A stretch of DNA of 63,891 bases, counting the filler, from Octopus bimaculoides (taxonomy: Eukaryota): NCBI RefSeq assembly GCF_001194135.2. It is 6 parts of 5 records of this genome, joined end to end, with 100 filler letters (N's around TTAATTAATTAA, not from the genome) between each part and the next. Parts side by side here need not be neighbours in the genome. Positions count along the whole stretch, not along the records: positions 41,901 to 51,028 come from NC_068991.1; positions 51,129 to 62,522 come from NC_068998.1; 4 more parts are not named here. The stretch is one strand, 5' to 3'. Position 1 is the first letter of the stretch; each line of letters begins with the position of its first letter. This document shows positions 49,486 through 62,498 of this stretch, piece by piece. The position numbers were made by a program, and so were the translations under genes. Under the pieces are notes generated by a model. The model searched no databases and had not been told where the DNA came from. It saw nothing but the letters and a program-made list of their open reading frames with translations.

Positions 49486-50770
49486 GGAACATAACAGGTC
49501 TGCCAGTCTCTCTACAGAAGACATTAATGTTGGAAATCGAAGTAGATAAAGCTATAAATATTCATTTCCAATCCGAGGGATTTTCAACTTCGTAGTTAGA
49601 CGTTGTTAGTTATAGCTTTATCTCCTTCGGGTTCTGAAGTCAAAAACGATTTATTTCATGTCTCTGAAAGTTTCTAAATTCTTATGACATAAACAATGTG
49701 TATGCGTGTCCATGTGCTTGTGCGTGTGTGGAGGAAGAGAGAGAGATAGAGAGGAGGAAGAGAGGGGGAAGAGAGAGGGGGAAGATATGTATACAACAGT
49801 ACGGAACCTATAAACTAAAATAACAACGAAACAACATTATATTTATACTGGATAAAAGACAATATTTCATATTCAGATTATATGTTCTTAGATACATTTA
49901 ACAAGAGTGCAAGGCATATGGAAATTTACAAAATATAATAAAAATAATTTTATAAATCATAATAGCTGAACATATAACATAAATAATTGCATGTACCTCT
50001 AATACACACCTCAACAATAACATCCCTAATTTTCGTCAATAGATAAAGTTTTCGATGTGTGAAAATGGTTTGTTCGTATATCGAAGCCCTTATATACATA
50101 TATAATATTTTATTGTGACAACGAAATTCACATTATAGAGAATGATACAAATTCAATAAAGAACGTTATCCGAAATAACGTATGAAGCTTCCTTGTCAAT
50201 TATCCAGAGGTAATTTTATATTGATTTTGCCAAGGCTTGCTTTTGGCGGTTTTCATTTCTAATGCATACCTTCAGATAACATGCCCTGAGTGAAAAAGCA
50301 ACATATACGAATAATTTTCGATATTTCATGAAAGAGTTTCTTTCGTTTCTGCCATAAAACTTTTATGATGTAATATTTACATACCAAGTTTGGCTTCTTT
50401 CACTGGAAAGTTATGTAGTTTCCTAATAGAATTTGTAAATAAATACATCAAATTTCACACACATACTCATGAAAATAAATAAACGTGTGTGGTGGTGGGG
50501 GGTGCATGTGCATATACAGTATGCATAAAAACATGCATACGTCTTATTAAATTTCCCCCGTCTTTCTTTGAGCGAGCTAACTGATAACGCATGCGTGTGT
50601 GTGTGTGTATGTGTGCACGCGCGCATGCGTGCGTGTGTATATAAAAATCAAAAGTGAAACCGAAGTATTAGGGAATTTATAATTAAAGATGTAGTTTTTC
50701 ATTTCTCCTGTTTGACAAGAAAAATCTCATTAGAAGGCGCGATCCAAATTCAATAGAAAACGTTATTCAA

Positions 50771-50874
50771 TACGTGTGATGTATTACTTTTTCTGTCTAA
50801 AAAACATGATTTTCATATGAAATAAGTGTCTTAAGTTAAAAATACTAGGGAAATGCCATCCGAACGGTTTTAAA
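50771..50874 (+). repeat. about 105-bp direct repeat, copy 2
   Basis: Matches 49108-49211. Confidence 0.9.
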
Positions 50875-51991
50875 GAATTCTTTAAATAGTATTTCTTTCA
50901 TTAAGCATTTATAACACACATACTGTATATGTGTACATTGTGTGTGTGTGTGTGTGTGTGTGTACAATATACATATATATATATATACAGTATGTATGCA
51001 TAAATATATATATATGTATATACATGTANNNNNNNNNNNNNNNNNNNNNNNNNNNNNNNNNNNNNNNNNNNNTTAATTAATTAANNNNNNNNNNNNNNNN
51101 NNNNNNNNNNNNNNNNNNNNNNNNNNNNTGTGTGTGTGTGTGTGTGTGTGTGTTTGTAAATCTACTGCGGTAGCACGAATTATCTCAGATTCTGGAGGTT
51201 CTTTGAAGAATTCTTTCTGCTTTTTTTTTCGGTAGTTTTAACTTGCGTAGCGTAGGAAAAAGTATTTTCTAATTATTATCAGTAACATCATGTGTCTATG
51301 TACGTACATACGTGTCTGTATGTATGCATGCATGCATGCATGTATGTATGTACGTATGTCTGTACTTATTTATCTATATATGTATGTATATAGGTAGGTA
51401 GGTAGGTAGGTAGGAGGGAGGGAGGGAGGGAGATAGGTACGTTCGTACTGTGTAGGTATAAATAAATATATGTGTATGAATCTTTATGAGTATGCATGCA
51501 CGTGTTCATTTTAGCACGTGTGTGTGGAGTATGATTGTGTTTATGTTTCTATGCATGTACGTGTGTGCGTGTGTATGTATACATAGATGTATACACATAT
51601 ACATACATATTTATATACTTATATATATATATATATATAAATACACAAACACACACAGAGAAGGAGAGCGAGATATATATATATATTTATATGTATATGT
51701 ATATGTGTGTGTGTGTGTTTGTGTGTGTATATACAATACGTTTATATATGTAAGCGTTTGTTTGCGTATGTATGTTTGTATTTATGCATGAGTGTCTATA
51801 TATATATACGCTTCTGTATGCGATGAATAGACACATACTTATATGCATACACGCACGCACGCACGCACACACACAAACACACACATACATACAATCATAC
51901 ATACATACATACATACATGCACTAAGTACCTGCGATGCATTAATGTATGTAGGCGTGTCTATATATTCATGTGTATGTGCGTATGTGTATG

Positions 51992-52038
<47 letters not shown>

Positions 52039-52530
52039 CATTTATCTATTTAGCTATGTATCTATGTGCGCGCACTTATATACATCGGGAAATGTCTCGC
52101 TAAGTATGTTTCTCATGCCACTATTCTTAAGCTTTAATTATTCGGTATTTGTACCGAGGCCCACCATCCCTATATGCAGATTAGATAAATCCTAACTATA
52201 TCCGCTTTAAAATAATGGCTTGGCTTCTAGATTTTGTATGCATTGCTTTCGACCTTAGCGCCCCCTCAATTTGTCTCAGTGTAAGCTTACGCAATTATCA
52301 CTGGTTTTCTTTTTCCCCTCTGTTGGAGTCTTGCTGTCGTTAATTTCATTACACATTTTTTATGGAACTCACCTGAAACCGAGAGACTCTGTATTTATTT
52401 ATTTATTTATTTATTTATTTTGCAGGGATTCAAGAACTTAAGTAAATGGTACTCAAAGAGAAGACTAGTAGAGTAAGAGTTTTAAAAAATGCAGGAATAG
52501 TTTCTTGTGCTACTTCATTTTCATTTTACA

Positions 52531-52668
52531 GGCACAAGTATGGCTGTCTGCTTAAGGAGCTTGTTTCGTAACCACGTGATTTCGACTTCTGTTCCACTAC
52601 AGAATTTCGACTTCTGTTCCACCACAGCATTTTGTCCGGCATGCCAACGATCCTGCCAGCTCGCCACC
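52531..52668. mobile_element. chimeric junction of two SINE 5' heads in opposite orientation
   Basis: Family C head on plus (ggcacaagtatggctgtctgcttaaggagcttg), a 24-nt tandem duplication atttcgacttctgttccac(t/c)acag, then a family A head on minus (aaggtggcgagctggcaggatcgttggcatgccggacaaaatgc). Confidence 0.75.
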
Positions 52669-53149
52669 TTAAATAATTGGTTTAATATTAGCAACAAAAA
52701 TATATGGAAATTCACCCAACTCCACTTTGTCGATTCTAAACGTTGAAGCGTAACACCATTTCTAACCATTTCTTCAGAATAAGGAATGATACATTATGGT
52801 ATTGTGATGGCAATATAAGCCCGGCAGAAAAATCAGTGCTTTTCGACAGAGAGATGAAAGATACCAATTATTCATTTGATGTTAGAATAAATTGCTTTAT
52901 CGAAGAGACCTGCTATCTAATCGTATTATTCGTCTTAGATCAACTAAAATCTAGATTTAATATGCCTATACAGAGATGACGAACCATCAATTTTTAATAA
53001 CAGAAATACATGATCTGAAGAAGGTCACATTTAGAACTTTAAAAAACTGCGACGTAATATCGCAGTGATTACGAATCTAATGACAGGCCATTCTCTGGAG
53101 GTTAATTAAGATTTCAACACGTGAAAACACAACTCATACCAAAAGATGC

Positions 53150-53560
53150 TCGTTAACATCAACAATAACTTCACCTACACTTTCCCAGCGGCCATCTTGT
53201 TTCAGAACCCCTTCTTACTAATAGTAGTAGAAGTATATTTCCAGTATATCTTTAGTCATAGACTTGTAAATCACAATGACAAAACGCAGGAGAAAAGCGT
53301 AGATGTAAACAAAACAATAAATTTAACCCCATACCTTTAACCATTTCCATTTAATGCCAAAATAAGCAAAAAATGGTAACCTAAAGTAATTTCCTTCAAT
53401 CCTCTTTTCAAATTCAATATTGCCAAAAATTTCCTAAACCAAATTCGGAAAGGTTTTTGCCATAGGATAGAAATATTGCTAACTGTTTAACCGGCAATAT
53501 TTAAAAATAACTTATAGCTGCATAAGAAGTTTGGGGACATCATCGCAGGTAGATTATTGG
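53150..53560 (+). mobile_element. Penelope-like element RT-endonuclease linker remnant
   Basis: VISFNPLFKFNIAKNFLNQIRKGF / LFNRQYLKITYSCIRSLG matches PLE IWFNPPFS..NI.K.FL.LI.KHF...IFNR...K.SYSC. Confidence 0.65.
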
Positions 53561-53793
53561 ATTTATTACGTTCCAAACCAAAGTAATAAGCGCTGTAGTC
53601 AGAAACCAATTGTATAAACATTTATCAGCAAAAGTCTGTTAACATGGATGACAGGGGAGATAAATGCAACGGTCAAACGAGTTATATTCATTCAGCAGTT
53701 TATACAAAACCAGATCCCTGATTTATCGAGTTACTGTCTCAGATCTTGAGATGAACTGCCGGTCAGTTTCCTTCTATAATATTCACTCACAAG

Positions 53794-54008
53794 AAGGCGG
53801 TGAGCTGGCAGAATCGTTAGAGACGCCGAGCGAAATGCTTAGCAGTATTTTGTCTGTTTTTACGTTCTGAGTTCAAATTCCGCCGAGGTCGACTTTTCCG
53901 TTCATCCTTTGAGAGTCAATAAATTAAATACCAGTTGCGTATTGGGGTCGATCTAATCGACTCGCCTCTTCCTCAAAAATTTCGGGTCTTGTGCCTTGAG
54001 TAGAAAAG
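53794..54008 (+). mobile_element. tRNA-derived SINE (family A) with 16-bp target-site duplication
   Basis: Flanked by aatattcactcacaag (53778-53793) and aatattcactcgcaag (54009-54024). Confidence 0.92.
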
Positions 54009-54409
54009 AATATTCACTCGCAAGGCATTAGTCGATTCAGAGCTATAGCAAAAGACACTTACCCTAGTTGCTGCGCACTAGGACCGAACCCGAAACCATG
54101 TAGCTGCATTGTAGGTAAAAATAAAATCATATTATGAATTTATTATCTCCTTGACCCTTTGCCTGTCCTCTGTATCAAATGCAATACGCAGGACATATTT
54201 CTCTGACGTCCATGCATCATCATATATGATGCACATTCCCAACTTCTTTTTTTTTCAACCTAAGTAACTTGAGACTTATAGAAAAGAAAGCTTTGTGTTA
54301 CTCAGAAGGTACGAAACAAGAGTTAACTAAAAGTCTGAAAAAAAGAAAGAGAAAAACATGGACGTTTACGACAAACTTACGAAAATACTTTAGACATGCA
54401 AAGGGTTTA

Positions 54410-54900
54410 TAATTATTATTTGCAATCAGTCGTCGCAACGATGACTGTTCGTGGCTTTGGCAACACTTGATAAGCCTTTTACATACTGGGCAGATATTTC
54501 GCTTGAATTTGCCATTTATTATTATCAATTCCTTTCTATTTCCTTTCTATTTCATACTCCGAAATATTTCTATTTCTTTCTATTTCCGAAATATTTCTTA
54601 TTGCTTTCTATTTCATATTCCTTTTTGCAGTATCTTTGAATCTCAGTCTAGGTCTTCCATAGCTTCTTTTTCCCTTGCAAAGGTGGGAGTAAAGGATTTG
54701 TTGAGGGAGTCTGCTGGTGTCCATCCTGTGTACGTGTCCCAACCAATGTAAATTTCTATCAATGAGGATTTCTACCATAAGAAGCAGACCAGCAGAGCAT
54801 AGAATATCTTATTCCTGATATTATCAAACAGAATGATATTCATAATTTTGTCGATGCTGTTGTCGCAACATGTATGCTTGTTACTTCTCTACTCGAGTTT
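54410..54900 (-). mobile_element. RTE-clade LINE 3' end remnant
   Basis: Minus strand ILIDRNLHWLGHVHRMDTSRLPQQILYSHLCKGKRSYGRPRLRFKDTAKRNMK, the hallmark RTE C-terminal WLGHV.RM...R.P...L.....G.R..GRP..R..D motif. Confidence 0.92.
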
Positions 54901-55482
54901 TATAGACAGACAAGGTTTCAGCTTCATACAGGAAGAAGGTTAAAATAAAATAAAATGAGCTTCAATAATGTACTGGTACACATTAAACTGAAGATACTGA
55001 TAAACGTGCGTGTACGAAAATTTAATGACATTTTGGCCTCGTAACCTTGTGAGATTTATGTGACAGAGTAAAGAAACTAGAAATCTTAGCAATTCATCTC
55101 AGTAAGCCAGACAGTTTAACAACTTTTGTTGCTTCGTCAATCCTTCTCTTGATATCTTATTTAACTTACACAAATTGATATCTTTCATGCCAACCCATTA
55201 TTGATATTCGCTTGATTTTCAATGTAAATCTACTAGAAACGCTACACGACGATTTACAATATCCGTCTTGCTCAGTTAAAATTGCTATTGTACTCGCTTA
55301 GCACTTCTTTAATTACAGTCTTTCTACTGATTCATTAACACCGCTAACAAAAGCATTTCATTATTACATTCAGGATAGATTCGTGTCAAAATATGCTCCG
55401 GCATTTTGTTGCACATCACGCACTGAACAGCAAGTCAGTCTTTCTCTAGTTCACTCAGGCACATACCTACACATACGCGCGC

Positions 55483-55519
<37 letters not shown>

Positions 55520-55726
55520 CATACACATGCACGCACACACACACACACACACGTAAAATCGATAGACGTGTGTGCGTGTGTGTGTGTGTGATGGTCTTTG
55601 TTAATAGGAGAAAATCGAAGTAGACAACTTCTGAAGTAGAATTCCATATACATTACTTAAAGTGAAAGGTAAGGTAGAATTAAATGCATTTATTTATAAT
55701 AAACAAATACACTAGCGATTTCCATC

Positions 55727-55783
55727 GGAGGTCTTGTCGAGCACCTCCTACGTGACAAGACTTTCCGTTGAAACGGGTATCTT
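55727..55783 (+). ncRNA. degenerate HDV-like ribozyme fold (uncertain)
   Basis: P1 GGTCTTG/CAAGACT with a G-U first pair; P3 CAC/GTG enclosing L3 CTCCTAC; P4 CCGT/ACGG. The P1.1 GG and the catalytic C are absent. Confidence 0.3.
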
Positions 55784-55820
55784 ATTATCCTTTATATTAA
55801 TAAATGTATGCGTGTGTATT

Positions 55821-55903
<83 letters not shown>

Positions 55904-55947
55904 AACAGAGAGAGAGACAGACACAGACAGACAGACAGACGTTCATT

Positions 55948-55978
<31 letters not shown>

Positions 55979-56444
55979 TATTAGGCAGATTAACAAATTA
56001 AATATAACAGCTTGAGTATGATATACAAAATATATTTATGTCTACATGCAAACAGAAAGGAAAGACTGAAGATTTTTAGACGAAAGGTGTTATACGTCCC
56101 ACAACTGTTTCTGTGGGCTCGGAGATCCATCATAATGTCCGTAGATGCAGTTCACCAAAGTATGCGACCGTAATGGAAGCAAATATACACTGGACTAATC
56201 AAACCTCTGTTGCCATGGGTAGAAAAAGAACTTGCATTTCAGATAGTTGAAAGATAAGAGCGCACGTTCCATGCAAGTCTGGTGATGTGCCATTCTAATG
56301 TCTAAAACCGCAAACATTACTTCAATAGTCACTTCGAATTTCTGCGTAAACCGATGTTGCAAGCAGACTTGGTGCAGAAACAGTTGTGACGAATCATTGA
56401 AGATGTGCTAAAGGAATTCTTTGTCTTGTTACCATTTTGAATTT

Positions 56445-56476
<32 letters not shown>

Positions 56477-56990
56477 NNNNNNNNNNNNNNNNNNNNNNNN
56501 NNNNNNNNNNNNNNNNNNNNNNNNNNNNNNNNNNNNNNNNNNNNNNNNNNNNNNNNNNNNNNNNNNNNNNNNNNNNNNNNNNNNNNNNNNNNNNNNNNNN
56601 NNNNNNNNNNNNNNNNNNNNNNNNNNNNNNNNNNNNNNNNNNNNNNNNNNNNNNNNNNNNNNNNNNNNNNNNNNNNNNNNNNNNNNNNNNNNNNNNNNNN
56701 NNNNNNNNNNNNNNNNNNNNNNNNNNNNNNNNNNNNNNNNNNNNNNNNNNNNNNNNNNNNNNNNNNNNNNNNNNNNNNNNNNNNNNNNNNNNNNNNNNNN
56801 NNNNNNNNNNNNNNNNNNNNNNNNNNNNNNNNNNNNNNNNNNNNNNNNNNNNNNNNNNNNNNNNNNNNNNNNNNNNNNNNNNNNNNNNNNNNNNNNNNNN
56901 NNNNNNNNNNNNNNNNNNNNNNNNNNNNNNNNNNNNNNNNNNNNNNNNNNNNNNNNNNNNNNNNNNNNNNNNNNNNNNNNNNNNNNNNNN

Positions 56991-57067
<77 letters not shown>

Positions 57068-57316
57068 ACAAGAGCAACAGTTACACTTTTCATCCTGTGA
57101 TATATTCCTACACTTCAGTGTAATACTTCTCTCTTCTGTTCCCACTTAACCATTCTGGGATCGATGGATATTTGCATTTCTTGTAGATATGCCATTCTGG
57201 TATTTTCACCGATTCCAACTCACTTCCTATGATATTTCCAACTGGTATTTGGATGACTTGTTCTTTGACATATTACACGTTGATTTCCATTGGTTCTAAA
57301 TACACACGCTGTGAGC

Positions 57317-57388
<72 letters not shown>

Positions 57389-58273
57389 NNNNNNNNNNNN
57401 NNNNNNNNNNNNNNNNNNNNNNNNNNNNNNNNNNNNNNNNNNNNNNNNNNNNNNNNNNNNNNNNNNNNNNNNNNNNNNNNNNNNNNNNNNNNNNNNNNNN
57501 NNNNNNNNNNNNNNNNNNNNNNNNNNNNNNNNNNNNNNNNNNNNNNNNNNNNNNNNNNNNNNNNNNNNNNNNNNNNNNNNNNNNNNNNNNNNNNNNNNNN
57601 NNNNNNNNNNNNNNNNNNNNNNNNNNNNNNNNNNNNNNNNNNNNNNNNNNNNNNNNNNNNNNNNNNNNNNNNNNNNNNNNNNNNNNNNNNNNNNNNNNNN
57701 NNNNNNNNNNNNNNNNNNNNNNNNNNNNNNNNNNNNNNNNNNNNNNNNNNNNNNNNNNNNNNNNNNNNNNNNNNNNNNNNNNNNNNNNNNNNNNNNNNNN
57801 NNNNNNNNNNNNNNNNNNNNNNNNNNNNNNNNNNNNNNNNNNNNNNNNNNNNNNNNNNNNNNNNNNNNNNNNNNNNNNNNNNNNNNNNNNNNNNNNNNNN
57901 NNNNNNNNNNNNNNNNNNNNNNNNNNNNNNNNNNNNNNNNNNNNNNNNNNNNNNNNNNNNNNNNNNNNNNNNNNNNNNNNNNNNNNNNNNNNNNNNNNNN
58001 NNNNNNNNNNCTCTCTCTCTCTCTCTCTCTCTCCCTCAAGCTGCCTCATCTTAGGGGTTTCACTGGATCAAGTTTGCTTCTTGCTCACGATTATATAGGG
58101 TATTTCAAAAGCTCTCTCCGCAGTAAGTATTTTATTGTAGAATAAATATTTATAAGATGGTATAAGACTACAAAAGAATATACGTTATTCAATGGTTAGC
58201 ATGTCGACACGCTAAAGGGTACACAATGACTGAGGGACAACGGCTGACACCCGGCTACCCACGCAGTGGTAGA

Positions 58274-58316
<43 letters not shown>

Positions 58317-58388
58317 GTAGGTAGGTTGGTAGGTAGGCAGACATGCAGGCAAGCAGGCAGGTAGGTAGGTAGGTAGGTAGGTAGGCAC

Positions 58389-58447
<59 letters not shown>

Positions 58448-59044
58448 GGTAGGTAGGTAGGTAGGTAGGTAGTTAGGTAGATTAGACAGACAGGTAGGTA
58501 GGTAGGTAGAATAGACAGGCGGACAAACAGATAACTTTATTTCTAAAATATTTGAGAAGGAAAATGTGCGAAAAAAAATGAAAACGAAAGAGAAATATTA
58601 AAAAGGAAAAATAATACTTCAAAAAGCTATATAACATTGGTTCTAACGCAGACTTTAATACTTCAACATGTAAAAACATCTAAAAAGATGTTCGAAGATA
58701 TATTTATAAGTTACACACACACTCGCATATATATATATATATATATATAGATAGATATATATATATATATATATATATAAATTCTTTTTTGTTGAACAAG
58801 AAGAACTATTGCCGTTACTAACTACAGCAAAATTAAATATATTTTACGTAGGTAAATAGGTCTCAAACATAAATATTCTTTATTAAGGTGTAGCATAATA
58901 AACCTTTGGAATTTTTCGTTCCCCTTCTTCCTTTTTCCTTTTTGCTCGCTTTTTACGATGTTTTTATTTCCGTTTATAAGTTACTTCCATTTACGAGGAC
59001 ATCTACCTAACTACCAACATATCTACTTATTTATTTGTCTGTTG

Positions 59045-59086
<42 letters not shown>

Positions 59087-59516
59087 AATCTATCTATCTT
59101 TCTATCTATGTGCATATCGGCCAATCTATCCATCTTCCTTTCTATCTATCTACCAACCTATCCATCAATCTATCTATTTTTCTCTATACAAAATTATCTA
59201 TCCAGCTATTTAGACAACTACTCATATAAAACATATATATTTCTATATTAATATATCGATCAGTCCACCGAGACAAATATATTAACCTCTCTACCCACTT
59301 ACCTATCAATCATATTTCTGTTTGATATTTTAGGCCCTTTCGAAACTAACCAATACATTACAAACTTTTAATATGTGAAGAAATATAGAAGACTTTTGAA
59401 AATATCATGGAACAGAACACAAAACTGATTTGAAGTATTAAGAATATTAAGGAAACGGCAAAATACTAACAATATTTTATCAAAAAGTATCAAAGAAATA
59501 AGTCAAAAATATTTTG

Positions 59517-59677
59517 GGCCAGACGTGGCTGTGTGGTAAGAACCTTGCTTCCCAGCCACATGGCTCCGGGTTCAATCCCACTGCGTGGTATCTTCGGCAA
59601 GTATCTTCTACTATAGGCTTTAGCCGACCAAATCCGTTTGAGTTGATTTGGTAAACGGATACCGAAAGAAACCCGTC

Positions 59678-59680
<3 letters not shown>
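59517..59680 (+). mobile_element. tRNA-derived SINE (family C)
   Basis: ggccagacgTGGCTGTGTGGtaag (A box), gGGTTCAATCCc (B box), CORE-like ggcaagtatcttctactatagg, then a (TA)n tail. Confidence 0.88.
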
Positions 59681-59757
<77 letters not shown>

Positions 59758-60454
59758 AACTGCAGCGTGGAATGTGTTTATAGGTCATTTAAAATAACAC
59801 ACAAAAACCGTTAGATTCACTTCAACATTTAAATTTAATTTGTCAAAATATTTTCAAAGAAAAACTTAGAAATTTGAAACCTAACGGAAATATTTTAATA
59901 GTTTTTGGTAATGAAAATTCTTTCCTAACAGTTTAACTGAAACCTGGATGAAATGGTAGTAACGGTGGGGGGGGGGAGGTCGAAACGCGTTTACGTCGAG
60001 AATCTTACACACCATATTAAATCTCATTAGGAAGATCAGTAAAAAAAACAACTTAATGGCGTAGAAGACATAGAATAACATAAAGCAATCAAAGAATCGT
60101 AGTTAATTCATCTAATACAGAGAATGGTATAACAGAGAAGATATACATTAATAAAACATATTGTGTTCCGCAAAGAGACAAACAACCAGTTTAACTTCAC
60201 TGAGAAAATACAGGGAGACATCGAAAATTCCATCAAAAGACCTGTGTATATAAAGCAATTAAACCGTTATATATATAAGTTAATGATGAGGTTATGTATA
60301 GAATGTGAAGTACGGTAGTTGTGTATGTAAATAATGGTTTGTATCGTTTGGGTACTTACAAGAAGAAACGGAATAATGGTGGTATGCAAAGGAAGTAACT
60401 TTGGGGAATATATTATGAATAATAAATTATAGATGTTATAGCAAATGAAGTGCC

Positions 60455-60504
<50 letters not shown>

Positions 60505-62453
60505 GCATACATTAACGCACACCTCATGCCCATCTCTGTCCCTGTGTGTGTCTGTCTCTGTCTTTAGATGTGTGTCAGTCGTCACAAAAATGTATGTATA
60601 CTGACATACACCGTCACACACATATATTTGTCAGTCATCGGCCTAACGTACGTGACGAACGCACAAACACACTCATATAGAAAATCTGACGTCATCGTCG
60701 TTGTGGTGATGGTATAAAATGTTGTTTACGATAAGTGATTAAAAGAAAAATTTAAATGTTAAATTTTTGTAATACAAATATGTGAATAGAAACAAAGTTT
60801 AGTTAGTAGCCGAAAGTTTACTGAATCTTTTGATACCCCATACGTCAATATCGGGAATTCGGTTTTGGAATGCATAAGGAACATACGCGTGCACACACAC
60901 ACACACACACACACACAAACAAACACACAAACAAACACACAAATAAACTCTCTTTTATATATATATANNNNNNNNNNNNNNNNNNNNNNNNNNNNNNNNN
61001 NNNNNNNNNNNNNNNNNNNNNNNNNNNNNNNNNNNNNNNNNNNNNNNNNNNNNNNNNNNNNNNNNNNNNNNNNNNNNNNNNNNNNNNNNNNNNNNNNNNN
61101 NNNNNNNNNNNNNNNNNNNNNNNNNNNNNNNNNNNNNNNNNNNNNNNNNNNNNNNNNNNNNNNNNNNNNNNNNNNNNNNNNNNNNNNNNNNNNNNNNNNN
61201 NNNNNNNNNNNNNNNNNNNNNNNNNNNNNNNNNNNNNNNNNNNNNNNNNNNNNNNNNNNNNNNNNNNNNNNNNNNNNNNNNNNNNNNNNNNNNNNNNNNN
61301 NNNNNNNNNNNNNNNNNNNNNNNNNNNNNNNNNNNNNNNNNNNNNNNNNNNNNNNNNNNNNNNNNNNNNNNNNNNNNNNNNNNNNNNNNNNNNNNNNNNN
61401 NNNNNNNNNNNNNNNNNNNNNNNNNNNNNNNNNNNNNNNNNNNNNNNNNNNNNNNNNNNNNNNNNNNNNNNNNNNNNNNNNNNNNNNNNNNNNNNNNNNN
61501 NNNNNNNNNNNNNNNNNNNNNNNNNNNNNNNNNNNNNNNNNNNNNNNNNNNNNNNNNNNNNNNNNNNNNNNNNNNNNNNNNNNNNNNNNNNNNNNNNNNN
61601 NNNNNNNNNNNNNNNNNNNNNNNNNNNNNNNNNNNNNNNNNNNNNNNNNNNNNNNNNNNNNNNNNNNNNNNNNNNNNNNNNNNNNNNNNNNNNNNNNNNN
61701 NNNNNNNNNNNNNNNNNNNNNNNNNNNNNNNNNNNNNNNNNNNNNNNNNNNNNNNNNNNNNNNNNNNNNNNNNNNNNNNNNNNNNNNNNNNNNNNNNNNN
61801 NNNNNNNNNNNNNNNNNNNNNNNNNNNNNNNNNNNNNNNNNNNNNNNNNNNNNNNNNNNNNNNNNNNNNNNNNNNNNNNNNNNNNNNNNNNNNNNNNNNN
61901 NNNNNNNNNNNNNNNNNNNNNNNNNNNNNNNNNNNNNNNNNNNNNNNNNNNNNNNNNNNNNNTTTTATTCTTTTACTTGTTTTAGTCATTTGACTACGGC
62001 TATGCTGGAGCACCCTTTTTATTTATTTTGGGATGTTTGAGTTCGTGGATGTTGAGTTGAGAGGCACGTTGAAAGCATATGTCAATTAGTGATGGCAGGT
62101 AGTTCCTGGCAATGAGTGTATCCATCATAGGATTCCTTGCACGCTAGAAAGAACAGTTAAATTCCAAACCACTATTTAGGGATAAAACTTCGAAGGGAAT
62201 GAAAAATAAAAATATATATATGTATGTATATGATACCGTTGTCAATTGTGGAATGCGACAGTCACTTCAAAAAAACTGATGATTGCGTAACGTATGAAAG
62301 TACTAGCTTATTTCAATATTGTAAACTTGTGAAAAGTGTACGCAATAAAACGTGAAGCTCAGACAAAATTTGGAATTTCGTTGATTAATATATTCTTCTA
62401 TATACAGTCATACAAACTCTGATATATACACACACACACATATACACACACAT

Positions 62454-62498
<45 letters not shown>

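Noticed and set aside
53015-53040. CTGAAGA hammerhead-like start upstream of the PLE fragment
   Set aside because: No stem II or GAAA partner.
56099-56390. 14-bp inverted repeat cacaactgtttctg/cagaaacagttgtg around a GC-richer segment
   Set aside because: No TSD or transposase motif could be established; too short to classify.
57100-57310. Possible LINE RT remnant (IIGSELESVKI)
   Set aside because: Similarity is too fragmentary to support.
59940-59992. GAAACGCGTT palindromic hammerhead-like 3' half
   Set aside because: No intact CUGANGA box or stem II upstream.
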